Shown: piece by piece, positions 9,940 to 19,777 of the stretch
Layout: each line of letters begins with the position of its first letter
Position numbering within the stretch: the stretch's first letter is position 1
NCBI GenBank assembly: GCA_910577655.1
Contig: CAJTOW010000006.1
Coordinates: 325 to 64,324, forward strand
Source of the DNA: an uncultured Lachnospiraceae bacterium
GTDB lineage: Bacteria > Bacillota > Clostridia > Lachnospirales > Lachnospiraceae
Direction: 5' to 3'
DNA: 64,000 nucleotides
Program-made: the position numbers and the translations under genes
The notes under the pieces: generated by a model
What the model was told of the DNA's origin: nothing
What the model saw: only the letters and a program-made list of their open reading frames with translations
Database searches by the model: none

Positions 9940-11178
9940 TCATGAACAGTCGGCCGATATCCCGGCCAGATATCCGGTAGACCAGGCGATCTGCAGGTTG
10001 TAGCCTCCTGTAACCGCGTCAACATCCAGCACCTCCCCGGCAAAATAAAGTCCCTTCACCAGCTTCGACTCCATGGTGGATGGATTGACCTCCCGCACAG
10101 AAACACCACCCTGGGTGATGATCGCTTCCTTATAATCCCGGAGTCCGGTAAGGGTCAGCCGGAAATCCTTCACTGCCGATACAATCCTGTGACGCTCCTC
10201 CCGGCTGATCTCATTGACCTTTTTCTCCGGGGATATCCCGCTTTGGCTCACAATCACCGGAACCATCCTGGCCGGAAGCAGATGCACCAGGGCATTCTTG
10301 AACTGACGGTTCTTCACCTCCTCAAAATCCCGCAGGATCCGGGCATCCAGCTGTTCTGCTGAAAGAGCCGGCTTTAAGTCTATGGATAAAACCAGAGGCT
10401 CTTTCCTGATCTCCTTTGTCACATAGCTGCTGGCTGAGAGAAGCACCGGACCGCTGACTCCATAGTGGGTAAACAGCATTTCCCCGAACTCCTCATACAG
10501 CACCTTGCCGCTCTTTCTGATGGCGGCCCGGATATTGCGCAGGGATAGGCCCTGAAGCTCCTTCACCACCGGCTCTGCCGTCTCAAAGGGAACCAGGGCC
10601 GGAGACAGCTCAGCAATGTGATGCCCCGCCTGACCCGCAAACCGGTAGCCGTCCCCGGTGGAGCCGGTGGCCGGATAAGACAAGCCTCCGGTGGCCACCA
10701 GCACCGCGTCTCCCTCCACGAAACGCCCGTTCCGTTTCAGAATCACGCCCCTGGCCCGTCCTGCCTCAATCCCCAGCTCCTTTACCTCTTCTCTAAGAAA
10801 TATTTCCACACCCAGGTGTTTTAAACATCCTGTCAGTGCTCCGGTGACGTCAGATGCCTTATCAGACACTGGAAACACCCGGTTGCCACGTTCTGTCTTG
10901 ACGGGACAGCCGTTCTGCTCCATAAGCTCCATCACGTCCTCGTTGGAGAAGGAGTAAAAAGCACTGTACAGAAACTTCGGGTTGTGCACCACACTCCGGA
11001 ACAGATCCTCCAGGTCGCATGCATTGGTCAGATTGCAGCGTCCTTTTCCGGTGATATAGAGCTTTTTCCCAAGCTTTTCATTCTTTTCGTAGATTTGAAC
11101 CTGGTGTCCGTTCCGGGCGGCGGCGATCCCGGCCATCATGCCGGCCGCACCGCCTCCGATGATTATCACTCTGCCCAT
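9940..11178 (-). CDS. HI0933/BaiN-family NAD(P)/FAD-dependent oxidoreductase
   Basis: GGGAAG, TGKGRCNLTN, GSTGDG and GGYNLQ motifs; start moved to ATG 11178. Confidence 0.92.
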   Translation of the reverse strand: MGRVIIIGGGAAGMMAGIAAARNGHQVQIYEKNEKLGKKLYITGKGRCNLTNACDLEDLFRSVVHNPKFLYSAFYSFSNEDVMELMEQNGCPVKTERGNRVFPVSDKASDVTGALTGCLKHLGVEIFLREEVKELGIEAGRARGVILKRNGRFVEGDAVLVATGGLSYPATGSTGDGYRFAGQAGHHIAELSPALVPFETAEPVVKELQGLSLRNIRAAIRKSGKVLYEEFGEMLFTHYGVSGPVLLSASSYVTKEIRKEPLVLSIDLKPALSAEQLDARILRDFEEVKNRQFKNALVHLLPARMVPVIVSQSGISPEKKVNEISREERHRIVSAVKDFRLTLTGLRDYKEAIITQGGVSVREVNPSTMESKLVKGLYFAGEVLDVDAVTGGYNLQIAWSTGYLAGISADCS

Positions 11179-11296
11179 GGCATCCTCCTGTCCTTCTCCA
11201 TGTATCCTCAGCAGCCGCGCCTGATTTTGCGAAACTCCGGGAGTACATCTCTTTCCCAAGTACTCACTGCCGCGCCAGCCCCGGGTACGCAACAGT

Positions 11297-13426
11297 TCAA
11301 ATCCCCCTTGAACTGTTATCTGGGTACAGATATCCCCTGATCTTTTCTCTGGCCCTGGTCAGATTCTCCAGCCCATAGAAGAATCTCAGGCCCAGGTTCA
11401 GGGGATCTGTACCCTCCAGACCGGAATCTGCCAGTATGAACCACTTGTAGCTTTCTACAAAATCCGGATACTCCTCAGGCTCCTGTCCGGGGCCCACCCC
11501 AGTCTCCGTCAGCGGCCGGGTATCAGGATCTGGCTCTGACTCTGGCCTTGGGATATTCAGGGCCGTATCAAAGCTCTCCTTGTAAAATCCCCCTTCCACC
11601 TGCTCCAGGATCTGCCCCTGGAATACCAGCATCTGGCTTATGAATGCGGTGCGGTCCCGGAATGATCCATCCCGGCGCAGCACATCATTCCAGTCCACCC
11701 ACAGCCTAAACTGCATGGGAGCCTGCCCGTCAGTCCCGGGCACCGGTTCCAGGTAATTCTCATTTGCTCCTATGCCATCTGTATAGACGTGTACAGATTC
11801 CAGGTAACCTTCCAGCTCCTGAGGGTACACATCCCTCAGACTTTCCAGGATCTGCCTTACACCTGCCTTCCCGGTATCGTATGCTCCTCCATCTGCCCAC
11901 AGGGAAATCTCCGGACTGTCCGCGTCTGCCCCAGGCTTTTGGTACTCATGGAAAGCACCGCCCTCCTCCCCGCTGCCTTCAGCTGTCTCTTCCCTGGCCG
12001 GAAGCGGTCCGGCATACAGCTCTCTCATAGGGGCATCATATTCCACCACGTTCAGCTCATATCCGCCGGAAGCCGGAGCCAGGGTAAAATGGAGCCGGTA
12101 TACCGGATCCTCCCAGTGATACTCTACCCCATTAGGTCCGGCAGAGCCTGCCCAGGGGATACCATAGATCTCTGAGACCCTCTCTTTCATCTCCTCCAGC
12201 CCGACTCCTGCCCCGTCGCTGTCCAGGGCGATCTCCACCAGCCGGTTGTCCTGATAATAATACCTGGTCAGAATCACCTGATCCACATTGAACCATTTCA
12301 TATGGTACTGGTATGCATGAATCGCCCGTCCTTCACTATCCTGATTCTCTGTAACCGGAATCCCGGTCATGCCCAGACGGTTGTCCGTCTCCTCATGGGA
12401 TTCCCCAAACCGGATAGAAGACTCCTCTTTCTGGACATACTCGCCTTCATGGAGATTGTTATAAAATCTTGACTTGGCATGAAGGGAAGGCGTATCTGCG
12501 CTCATGATATCCGAAAGCACCCTGGCCAATGCATTGACCACCTGGGCTACCCGTTCGATATCCACAAGCTCCGGACGGTCATAAGGAGAACCTGCCTCGT
12601 AGGCGTCCCACATCTGGCGTACCTCTACAGCCGGTATTCCCCGCCGGACAAAAAGACTCGGAATCCCCTGCTCCTGCTGCTTCCATCCCGCCAGGGGAAT
12701 CTCCCCAGCGGCCTCTTTAAACAGATCTCCCAGAAGGGTTGACTTCCCGTCATCTGTCTTCAGAACCATCCGCGGGTCCGTATAGTATCCCATGGGGCCC
12801 AGGTGCACGACCCCGATCATCCGGAGGGCTTCCTCCTCCGTAAGCCCCGCAAGATAACGGCGTGCCCCGCCCTCTGCCCCCGTTCTGTCGGCAAAGCTTA
12901 CAAACCGCAGCTCCGTATCCGTAGGCAGCGAGGAAAGCAGCCGCGCCGTCTCCAGCATGGCAACCATACCGGAAGCGCTGTGGACGGCTCCCGGACTTCC
13001 CTCGGCCACCCCGTGGCAGCTTCCCACCAGAATGATATCCGCATCCGGTGAAGAGCCGCCCCGTACAGCCACCACATTGGACCTTTGCACAGAACCCCCT
13101 TCCGGTTCCCATGTCTGGAAATTCTGAAGAGTCACCTCATATCCATAATCCGTCAGCATCTGCTGCAGGTAGGATACGATTTGTTCCTCCCCCTCCTGCC
13201 TCTTTGGACAGGGCACGCCTGCCACCATCCCAAGGGCCTCCTGAAGGTAGAAGGGATTGGCCTCCTCCAGAACCAGCATATCCGGCAAAATGATCCTTGG
13301 CTCCTGGGGCGCTTCCTGACCCCCTGGCAGAATCCGGGTCGAAGGCCCTGCACAGCCTCCCAGAATACAGAGGGATACCGCAGCCGCGGCCAGTACTGCC
13401 CCCGCAGCTCTCTTCGTCTTTCCCAT
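11297..13426 (-). CDS. Lipoprotein with degenerate M28 peptidase domain
   Basis: Signal peptide with ILGGC lipobox; M28-like framework (NVVAVR, DIILVGS, SASG...MLETARLL) with metal ligands substituted. Confidence 0.7.
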   Translation of the reverse strand: MGKTKRAAGAVLAAAAVSLCILGGCAGPSTRILPGGQEAPQEPRIILPDMLVLEEANPFYLQEALGMVAGVPCPKRQEGEEQIVSYLQQMLTDYGYEVTLQNFQTWEPEGGSVQRSNVVAVRGGSSPDADIILVGSCHGVAEGSPGAVHSASGMVAMLETARLLSSLPTDTELRFVSFADRTGAEGGARRYLAGLTEEEALRMIGVVHLGPMGYYTDPRMVLKTDDGKSTLLGDLFKEAAGEIPLAGWKQQEQGIPSLFVRRGIPAVEVRQMWDAYEAGSPYDRPELVDIERVAQVVNALARVLSDIMSADTPSLHAKSRFYNNLHEGEYVQKEESSIRFGESHEETDNRLGMTGIPVTENQDSEGRAIHAYQYHMKWFNVDQVILTRYYYQDNRLVEIALDSDGAGVGLEEMKERVSEIYGIPWAGSAGPNGVEYHWEDPVYRLHFTLAPASGGYELNVVEYDAPMRELYAGPLPAREETAEGSGEEGGAFHEYQKPGADADSPEISLWADGGAYDTGKAGVRQILESLRDVYPQELEGYLESVHVYTDGIGANENYLEPVPGTDGQAPMQFRLWVDWNDVLRRDGSFRDRTAFISQMLVFQGQILEQVEGGFYKESFDTALNIPRPESEPDPDTRPLTETGVGPGQEPEEYPDFVESYKWFILADSGLEGTDPLNLGLRFFYGLENLTRAREKIRGYLYPDNSSRGI

Positions 13427-13499
13427 GAAATCTCCTCTCCGGCCCCTACCTTCTCCTATGGTCAGCGCAGCAAATACGCAGACCTGTACTAACTGTTAC
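13421..13499 (-). repeat. Family C element (related copies at 29374-29480 and 48344-48438)
   Basis: GTAACAGTT...ACAGGTCTGCG.A.TTGCTGCGCTGACC...GATTTCATGGG is shared with the 29374 copy. Confidence 0.75.
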
Positions 13500-13690
13500 A
13501 ACGCTCCCGGTAATTCAAACAAATTAAGCGTGTCCTGGTGTCCTCCCCCAATGATCATGCTCCACATGACGGAAAACACCTTTAAGACACGCCCTGCTCC
13601 TGGCGCAGTCTGCCCAGAACAAGGATTCTCCCCTGTTCCGGCACCTGAATCCATTATAGCATGGCCGGATGTTTTTGCAAGGGAAAAAGC

Positions 13691-13721
13691 AAAAACAGCT
13701 CCGGGATTGCCGAAGCTGTTT
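13691..13721 (-). terminator. Intrinsic terminator after aspartokinase
   Basis: AACAGCTTCGG/CCGGAGCTGTT stem plus T-run. Confidence 0.75.
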
Positions 13722-13731
13722 GTTACGGTTT

Positions 13732-15057
13732 CTACACTTCCGTTTCCACAAAGATATCGTAAATGGCCCTGATGGCCTGATCAAAGTCATTGTTCTTGAC
13801 TCCGATGATAATATTCAGCTCACTGGAACCCTGGTCAATCATCTTTACATTGATCCGGGCATGGGCCAGGGCGGAGAAGATCCTCCCGGCCGTTCCACGG
13901 GTAGCTTTCATCCCCCGGCCCACTACCGCGATCAGGGCCAGATCTGATTCCAGCTCCACACCGTCCGGCTCTACCGCCCTATGGATCCCGGCTATGACAG
14001 ACTGCTCATACTCCTCGAACTCGGACTGGTGAACCATGATTGTCATGGTGTCGATCCCGGAGGGCATATGCTCAAAGGAGATGCCGAACTTCTCGAAGAC
14101 ACCCAGAACCTTTCTGCCAAAGCCCACCTCAGAGTTCATCATGGCTTTTTCAATATTGATGGCGCAAAAGCCCTTCTTCCCCGCGATTCCGGTGATGGTG
14201 TACCGGGGCTTCCTGCAGGTGCTTTCCACAATCAGGGTACCCTTGTCATCGGGCTTGTTGGTATTGCGGATATTGATGGGGATCCCTTCCTTTCGTACAG
14301 GGAAGATGGCATCCTCATGAAGGACACTGGCTCCCATATAGGCCAGCTCCCGCAGTTCCTTATAAGTGATAGTCTCAATGATCTCCGGATTCTCCACCAC
14401 CCTTGGATCTGCCACCAGAAAGCCGGACACATCGGTCCAGTTCTCATAGAGATCCGCGTGGATCGCCCGTGCCACAATGGAGCCTGTTACATCTGAACCG
14501 CCACGGGAGAAGGTCTTGATAGTGCCGTCATGCTTTGATCCGTAAAATCCGGGAATCACCGCCCGCTCCACATGCTCCAGCCGCTCAGCCAGCTCCTTAT
14601 TGGTATTGTCTGCCTCCAAGTTGCCATTCTCATCAAAGAAGATCACCTCTGCCGCATCAATGAACTCAAAGCCCAGGTACTCGGCCATCACGATGCCGTT
14701 GAGATACTCGCCCCGGGAAGCCGCATAGTCACGGCCTGCCCCCTTGACAAAATTCTCCTCAATGTTGGCAAATTCATGATCCAGATTCAGATTCAGATCC
14801 AGACCATTGATGATCTCCTCATAACGCTCCCGGATCTGGTTTAAAATCTTCTTATAGGACGCCCCGGTGGACGCCGCCTCATAGCATTCATATAAAAGGT
14901 CCGTGACCTTGGTATCCTTATTGTTTCTCTTGCCAGGCGCAGAAGGAATCACATAGCGTCTCGTCTTATCCGCGCGGATGATATCCCCCACCTTGCGGAA
15001 CTGTCTTGCGCTGGCAAGGGAACTGCCGCCAAACTTTACTACTTTTCTCACAGCCAT
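13732..15057 (-). CDS. lysC: Aspartate kinase
   Basis: KFGGSSLA, SRGE and FSRGGSDVTG motifs; C-terminal ACT domains. Confidence 0.92.
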   Translation of the reverse strand: MAVRKVVKFGGSSLASARQFRKVGDIIRADKTRRYVIPSAPGKRNNKDTKVTDLLYECYEAASTGASYKKILNQIRERYEEIINGLDLNLNLDHEFANIEENFVKGAGRDYAASRGEYLNGIVMAEYLGFEFIDAAEVIFFDENGNLEADNTNKELAERLEHVERAVIPGFYGSKHDGTIKTFSRGGSDVTGSIVARAIHADLYENWTDVSGFLVADPRVVENPEIIETITYKELRELAYMGASVLHEDAIFPVRKEGIPINIRNTNKPDDKGTLIVESTCRKPRYTITGIAGKKGFCAINIEKAMMNSEVGFGRKVLGVFEKFGISFEHMPSGIDTMTIMVHQSEFEEYEQSVIAGIHRAVEPDGVELESDLALIAVVGRGMKATRGTAGRIFSALAHARINVKMIDQGSSELNIIIGVKNNDFDQAIRAIYDIFVETEV

Positions 15058-15087
15058 TCTCCTCACGTACATTCTTTTAATCCTAAA

Positions 15088-15116
15088 ATAATACTGTAAT
15101 TCTCGTCTTCTGTCAA
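15088..15116 (-). promoter_or_regulatory. Sigma-A promoter of aspartokinase
   Basis: TTGACA-17bp-TATTAT. Confidence 0.7.
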
Positions 15117-15157
15117 GACCAATTCACGGCCACACCGCGCTGGCTGCCGTTCAGGCG

Positions 15158-15188
15158 GTAACAGTTCAGATACCGCCTGAACCGTTAC
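15158..15188. repeat. 31-bp palindromic repeat, family A
   Basis: GTAACAGTTCAG-N7-CTGAACCGTTAC. Confidence 0.85.
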
Positions 15189-15201
15189 GCTCTGGCCACT
15201 C

Positions 15202-18200
15202 CTACCTGAAGTACTCCACTCCTGACTCAAACAGCCTCATATCCTGCTGGCCATAGATATTCATGGCCACTGCCTCACCGCGGCGCTCAGAGTGGGCCAT
15301 CTTGCCCAGGATCCGGCCATCAGGGCTGGTGATGCCTTCCACGGCCATATAGGAGCCGTTGGGATTCCACAGCTCATCCATAGTGGGACGCCCGCAGTCA
15401 TCCACATACTGGGTAGCCACCTGCCCGTTGGCAAAAAGCTTCTCCAGCCACTCCCTGCCGGCTACGAAGCGGCCCTCTCCATGGGAAGCCGGGTTGCAGT
15501 AGACACCGCCTGCCTCTGCCCCCTTCAGCCACGGGGACTTATCGGAAACCACCTTTGTGTAGACCATTCTGGAAATATGTCGGCCAATGGTATTCATAGC
15601 CAAAGTCGGTGAATCTGCCCTCTGCTCCACGATCTGTCCCTCCGGAAGAAGCCCCAGCTTGATCAGGGCCTGGAAGCCGTTGCAGATGCCCAGCATCAGA
15701 CCGTCCCGCTCATATAACAGCTTCTCGATCTCCTCTTTGATCACCGCGTTGCGGAAAACGGTGGCAAAGAACTTGGCGCTTCCCTCCGGCTCATCGCCTG
15801 CGGAGAAGCCGCCGGGGAACATGACGATCTGGGCTTTGGAGATCTCCTTTTTGTACACCTCCACAGAATCCCGGATATCCGCCGCGTCCAGATTCCGGAA
15901 CACACGGGTCACCACCCTGGCTCCTGCCCGCTCAAAGGCCTTCCCACTGTCATACTCACAGTTGGTTCCCGGAAATACAGGGATAAACACACTGGGCTGG
16001 GCCAGTTTGTGGCTGCACACATACACATGGTCTGCCTTATATACCTGATCCTGAATCTCGGTCTCTTTCACACCGGACCTGGTGGGGAATACCCCCTCCA
16101 GAGTCTTCGTCCAGTTGTCCTGGGCCTCCTTCAGGGAGATCTCCACCGGGCCATACGTAAAGACCGCACGGGCCAGGACCTGGCCGATAAGCGTATAGGA
16201 CATGGAAAGCTCGCCCACCTTGCCCTCAGGCACCTCACATACGATGTCGCCCCAGCCTGCGCCGAAGAAATCCCGGGGATCCACATTGTGTTCGATCTTA
16301 AGGCCCAGCCGGTTGCCAAATGCCATCTTGCTGACAGCCTCCGCGATCCCGTGCCGTTCTACAGCATAGGCAGAGATCACCCGGCCCGCCTGAATATCCT
16401 CATGAAGCTTTCTGTAGCCCTCCATGATCTGCCCATAGACCGGCAGGTCCCAATCATCCCGCTCTGCCTTAAAGACTACGATCTTACTTCCCGGCTTCTT
16501 GAATTCCGGGGTAATGATATCCCCATGCTTTGCCACATCTACCGCAAAGGAAACCAGGGTCGGGGGGACATTGATCTCCCCATGCTTCTCGTCATTGAAG
16601 GTACCGGACATGCTGTCTTTGCCGCCGATAGAACCCAGGCCGAAGCCAAGCTGGGCATCGTAAGCCCCCAGAAGCGCCGCAAAGGGTACGCCCCAGCGGG
16701 CCGCATCCCCGGTCATCCGCTTGAAATACTCCTGGAAGGTGAAATGAATCTTCTCAAAGTCACCGCCGCAGGCCACAATCTTGGCCACAGAGGAAACTAC
16801 TGCATAGATGGCTCCATGGTAGGGGCTCCAGCTTGACAGATAGGGATCAAAGCCGTAGCTCATCATGGTCACCGTATCCGTAGTGCCGGACAGCACCGGC
16901 AGTCTGGCCACCATGGCCTGGGTCTCGGTCATCTGGTATTTGCCGCCGTAAGGCATCAGGACAGAGCCTGCGCCGATGGAAGCGTCAAACCGCTCCACCA
17001 GTCCTCTCTGGGAGCACACATTGAGATCGGAAAGCATGGAAAGCCATGCTTCCCGCACATCCCCGGTCTCCTGGCGGATGAAGGGATTGCCTTCCCTGTC
17101 AGGTGTCTCCAGAACCACATCCGCCTCCTGGTGGGCGCCGTTGGTATCCAGAAAAGCACGGCTGATATCCACAATGGTCTTTCCTCTCCATCTCATGACC
17201 AGACGGGGGTTTTCTGTCACCACAGCTACCCGGACTGCCTCCAGGTTCTCTTCCCTGGCAAAGCCCAGGAAGGTCTCCACATCCTCCGGATCCAGCACCA
17301 CTGCCATGCGCTCCTGGGACTCGGAGATAGCGATCTCTGTGCCGTCCAGACCTGCATACTTCTTCGGCACCTTGTCCAGGTCGATCTCCAGACCCGCAGC
17401 CAGCTCGCCGATGGCCACGGATACGCCGCCTGCTCCGAAGTCATTGCATTTCTTGATAATGGAGGATACCTCCGGACGCCTGAACAGCCTCTGGAGCTTC
17501 CGCTCCGTGGGCGCGTTTCCCTTCTGGACCTCCGCGCCGCAGACCTCAATGGAGGCCTCCGTATGCACCTTGGAGGAGCCGGTGGCGCCGCCGATGCCGT
17601 CACGCCCGGTCCGTCCGCCCAGCAGCACGATCACGTCGCCGGGATCCGAGGTCAGACGCTTCACAGAGCTTCTTGGCGCCGCACCCATGACCGCGCCGAT
17701 CTCCATACGCTTGGCCACATAGTCCGGATGGTAGACCTCCTTCACATAGCCTGTAGCCAGACCGATCTGGTTGCCATAGGAACTGTATCCTGCGGCCGCT
17801 CCATTGACCAGCTTTCTCTGGGGAAGCTTGCCTGCCAGAGTCTCGGATAAAGAACGGGTAGGGTCAGCCGCGCCGGTGATCCGCATGGCCTGGTACACGT
17901 AGGTACGGCCAGACAGAGGATCCCGGATGGCACCTCCCAGGCAGGTGGCCGCGCCGCCGAAGGGCTCGATCTCTGTAGGATGGTTGTGGGTTTCGTTTTT
18001 AAAATTCACCAGCCACTCTTCCTCCACCCCGTCCACAGTCACCGGAACCACGATGCTGCAGGCATTGATCTCCTCTGACTCCTCCTGATCCTTAAGCTTT
18101 CCCTCTTCCTTAAGCTTTTTCGCTGCCAGAAGGGCCAGGTCCATCAGACAGATGAACTTGTCCTTCCTTTCCCCATAAAGCTCATAACGGTCAGACAGGT

Positions 18201-18966
18201 ACCGCCGGTAGGTTGCCTCAACAGGCTTTTTGTAGTCTCCGTCTGTGATGGTGATATTTTTAAGCTCTGTAGAGAAGGTAGTATGACGGCAGTGGTCTGA
18301 CCAGTAGGTATCCAGCACACGGATCTCCGTCACTGTAGGATCCCTGTGCTCCTCCTCACGGTAATATTTCTGGATATGAAGAAAATCCCGGAAGGTCATA
18401 GCCAGATTCAGGGAATCGTAAAGGCCTTTCAGTTCCGTCTCCCCATGGTCCCGAAAGCCTTCAAAGGATGCCACATCCCCAGGCGTCTCGAACACGGTCA
18501 CCAGTGTCTGAGGCTTGGCCGCGTCTGCCTCCCTGGAATCCACCGGGTTGATGCAGAAGGATTTGACCGCCTTCACCTGCTCTTCCGTCAGGGTGCCGGA
18601 CAGCACATAAGTGGTGGCAGACCGGATCACCGGCTCCTCGTCCTCCTTAAGAAGCTTCACACACTGCTCGGCAGAATCTGCCCGCTGGTCGAACTGTCCC
18701 GGCAGGTATTCCACAGAAAATACGGTGTCTTCCTCTGTCTTCGGGAAATCCTCCTCGTACACAAAGTCCACCGGCGGCTCCGAAAAGATGGTGACCAGGG
18801 CTTTCCTATAGGTCTCTTCGGAAATATTTTCCATATCATAACGAATCAGAACCCTCACATCTGATACAGAACTGATGCTTAAATAGCTGCTGATTTCCTC
18901 CCGCAGCTCACCGGCCTTTACGGCAAATTCGGGTTTCTTTTCCACATACACACGTCTTACGGCCAT
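15202..18966 (-). CDS. purL: Phosphoribosylformylglycinamidine synthase (large, fused PurL/PurQ type)
   Basis: WSDHCRH, ETHNHPT, DFGAGG and SESQERM motifs; glutaminase PGTNCE, GICNGFQ and MAHSER motifs. Confidence 0.97.
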   Translation of the reverse strand: MAVRRVYVEKKPEFAVKAGELREEISSYLSISSVSDVRVLIRYDMENISEETYRKALVTIFSEPPVDFVYEEDFPKTEEDTVFSVEYLPGQFDQRADSAEQCVKLLKEDEEPVIRSATTYVLSGTLTEEQVKAVKSFCINPVDSREADAAKPQTLVTVFETPGDVASFEGFRDHGETELKGLYDSLNLAMTFRDFLHIQKYYREEEHRDPTVTEIRVLDTYWSDHCRHTTFSTELKNITITDGDYKKPVEATYRRYLSDRYELYGERKDKFICLMDLALLAAKKLKEEGKLKDQEESEEINACSIVVPVTVDGVEEEWLVNFKNETHNHPTEIEPFGGAATCLGGAIRDPLSGRTYVYQAMRITGAADPTRSLSETLAGKLPQRKLVNGAAAGYSSYGNQIGLATGYVKEVYHPDYVAKRMEIGAVMGAAPRSSVKRLTSDPGDVIVLLGGRTGRDGIGGATGSSKVHTEASIEVCGAEVQKGNAPTERKLQRLFRRPEVSSIIKKCNDFGAGGVSVAIGELAAGLEIDLDKVPKKYAGLDGTEIAISESQERMAVVLDPEDVETFLGFAREENLEAVRVAVVTENPRLVMRWRGKTIVDISRAFLDTNGAHQEADVVLETPDREGNPFIRQETGDVREAWLSMLSDLNVCSQRGLVERFDASIGAGSVLMPYGGKYQMTETQAMVARLPVLSGTTDTVTMMSYGFDPYLSSWSPYHGAIYAVVSSVAKIVACGGDFEKIHFTFQEYFKRMTGDAARWGVPFAALLGAYDAQLGFGLGSIGGKDSMSGTFNDEKHGEINVPPTLVSFAVDVAKHGDIITPEFKKPGSKIVVFKAERDDWDLPVYGQIMEGYRKLHEDIQAGRVISAYAVERHGIAEAVSKMAFGNRLGLKIEHNVDPRDFFGAGWGDIVCEVPEGKVGELSMSYTLIGQVLARAVFTYGPVEISLKEAQDNWTKTLEGVFPTRSGVKETEIQDQVYKADHVYVCSHKLAQPSVFIPVFPGTNCEYDSGKAFERAGARVVTRVFRNLDAADIRDSVEVYKKEISKAQIVMFPGGFSAGDEPEGSAKFFATVFRNAVIKEEIEKLLYERDGLMLGICNGFQALIKLGLLPEGQIVEQRADSPTLAMNTIGRHISRMVYTKVVSDKSPWLKGAEAGGVYCNPASHGEGRFVAGREWLEKLFANGQVATQYVDDCGRPTMDELWNPNGSYMAVEGITSPDGRILGKMAHSERRGEAVAMNIYGQQDMRLFESGVEYFR

Positions 18967-19053
18967 GTCATCCTCCTATGGTTTTGAATGTACTCCCGGA
19001 TTTAGGGAATCCGTTTGATTACGGTTGATGGTTGTTGTTAAAAAAATAATACC

Positions 19054-19111
19054 ACAAGATATCTTATGAATAAAATTAATATATCTTATGGTATTTATAA
19101 GTGCATCTCAT
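19054..19111. promoter_or_regulatory. Three LysR-like boxes upstream of purL
   Basis: ATAAG-N5-CTCAT, ATTAA-N5-CTTAT and a third half-match at ~22-bp spacing. Confidence 0.45.
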
Positions 19112-19243
19112 TAATATTCTGATTTCAGGGCCAGACAGCCCTTTTACGCTTCCACCATTTCCGGCAGACGCCAGCTCTGAAAAAGCTTTCTCCTGGTAAG
19201 AGTCCAAGAGGTATCTGGACTCTTACTCCTCCTGCAAATCGCC

Positions 19244-19759
19244 TCAACCGGCCGGATCTACACTCAGCGCGTCAAGCGTCAGCTTCATGATATCCTTGAT
19301 CTCGTCCACGGACATCTTCATCTTCTCTGCCAGCTCCTCCACCGTAGCCTCCCGTCCCAGGTCTTCAGCCATCTGCCGGGAGATATCCTTTAAGACATTG
19401 ACCCTGGCTACCACCTCTTCTTCCACCTGGCGCTCCAGCTTCTGCTCCTCAATGGCCGCACGGATGGTGCGGAGTACGGACTCCTTCACCTGGCTCTTAA
19501 AGTCTCCTTCCTCATATGCTTCCAGGGCCAGGATCAGGCCCATGTTGGCCTCCTGAACCAGATCCGCAGCCGGGATTCCTTTGTTGCGGAAGCCTGACAC
19601 CAGCTCTAAGGCGTAGTAGAGCATTCCTTCCAGAAGCCGTTTCCTGGCTCCTTCATCCCCCTCTTTTGCACGGTCCGGCAGAATCTTCTCCTCCTGGGGC
19701 GTGCAGGGCGGAATCTGTTTTAACTCTTCCTGATACATCTGAAATAAACTTTTGCTCAT
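19244..19759 (-). CDS. Short sigma-70 family protein (regions 1.2/2/3, no region 4)
   Basis: MY.EEL..IP, DLVQEANMGL and LGREATVEELAEKM motifs; only 171 aa. Confidence 0.75.
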   Translation of the reverse strand: MSKSLFQMYQEELKQIPPCTPQEEKILPDRAKEGDEGARKRLLEGMLYYALELVSGFRNKGIPAADLVQEANMGLILALEAYEEGDFKSQVKESVLRTIRAAIEEQKLERQVEEEVVARVNVLKDISRQMAEDLGREATVEELAEKMKMSVDEIKDIMKLTLDALSVDPAG

Positions 19760-19777
19760 AATTTTTCCTTTTCTTTG

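Noticed and set aside
15057..15200. Lysine riboswitch before aspartokinase
   Set aside because: The promoter lies ~30 nt from the start codon, leaving no room, and no consensus is seen.
18967..19240. Purine or ZTP riboswitch before purL
   Set aside because: No recognisable aptamer consensus; the leader is short and AT-rich.
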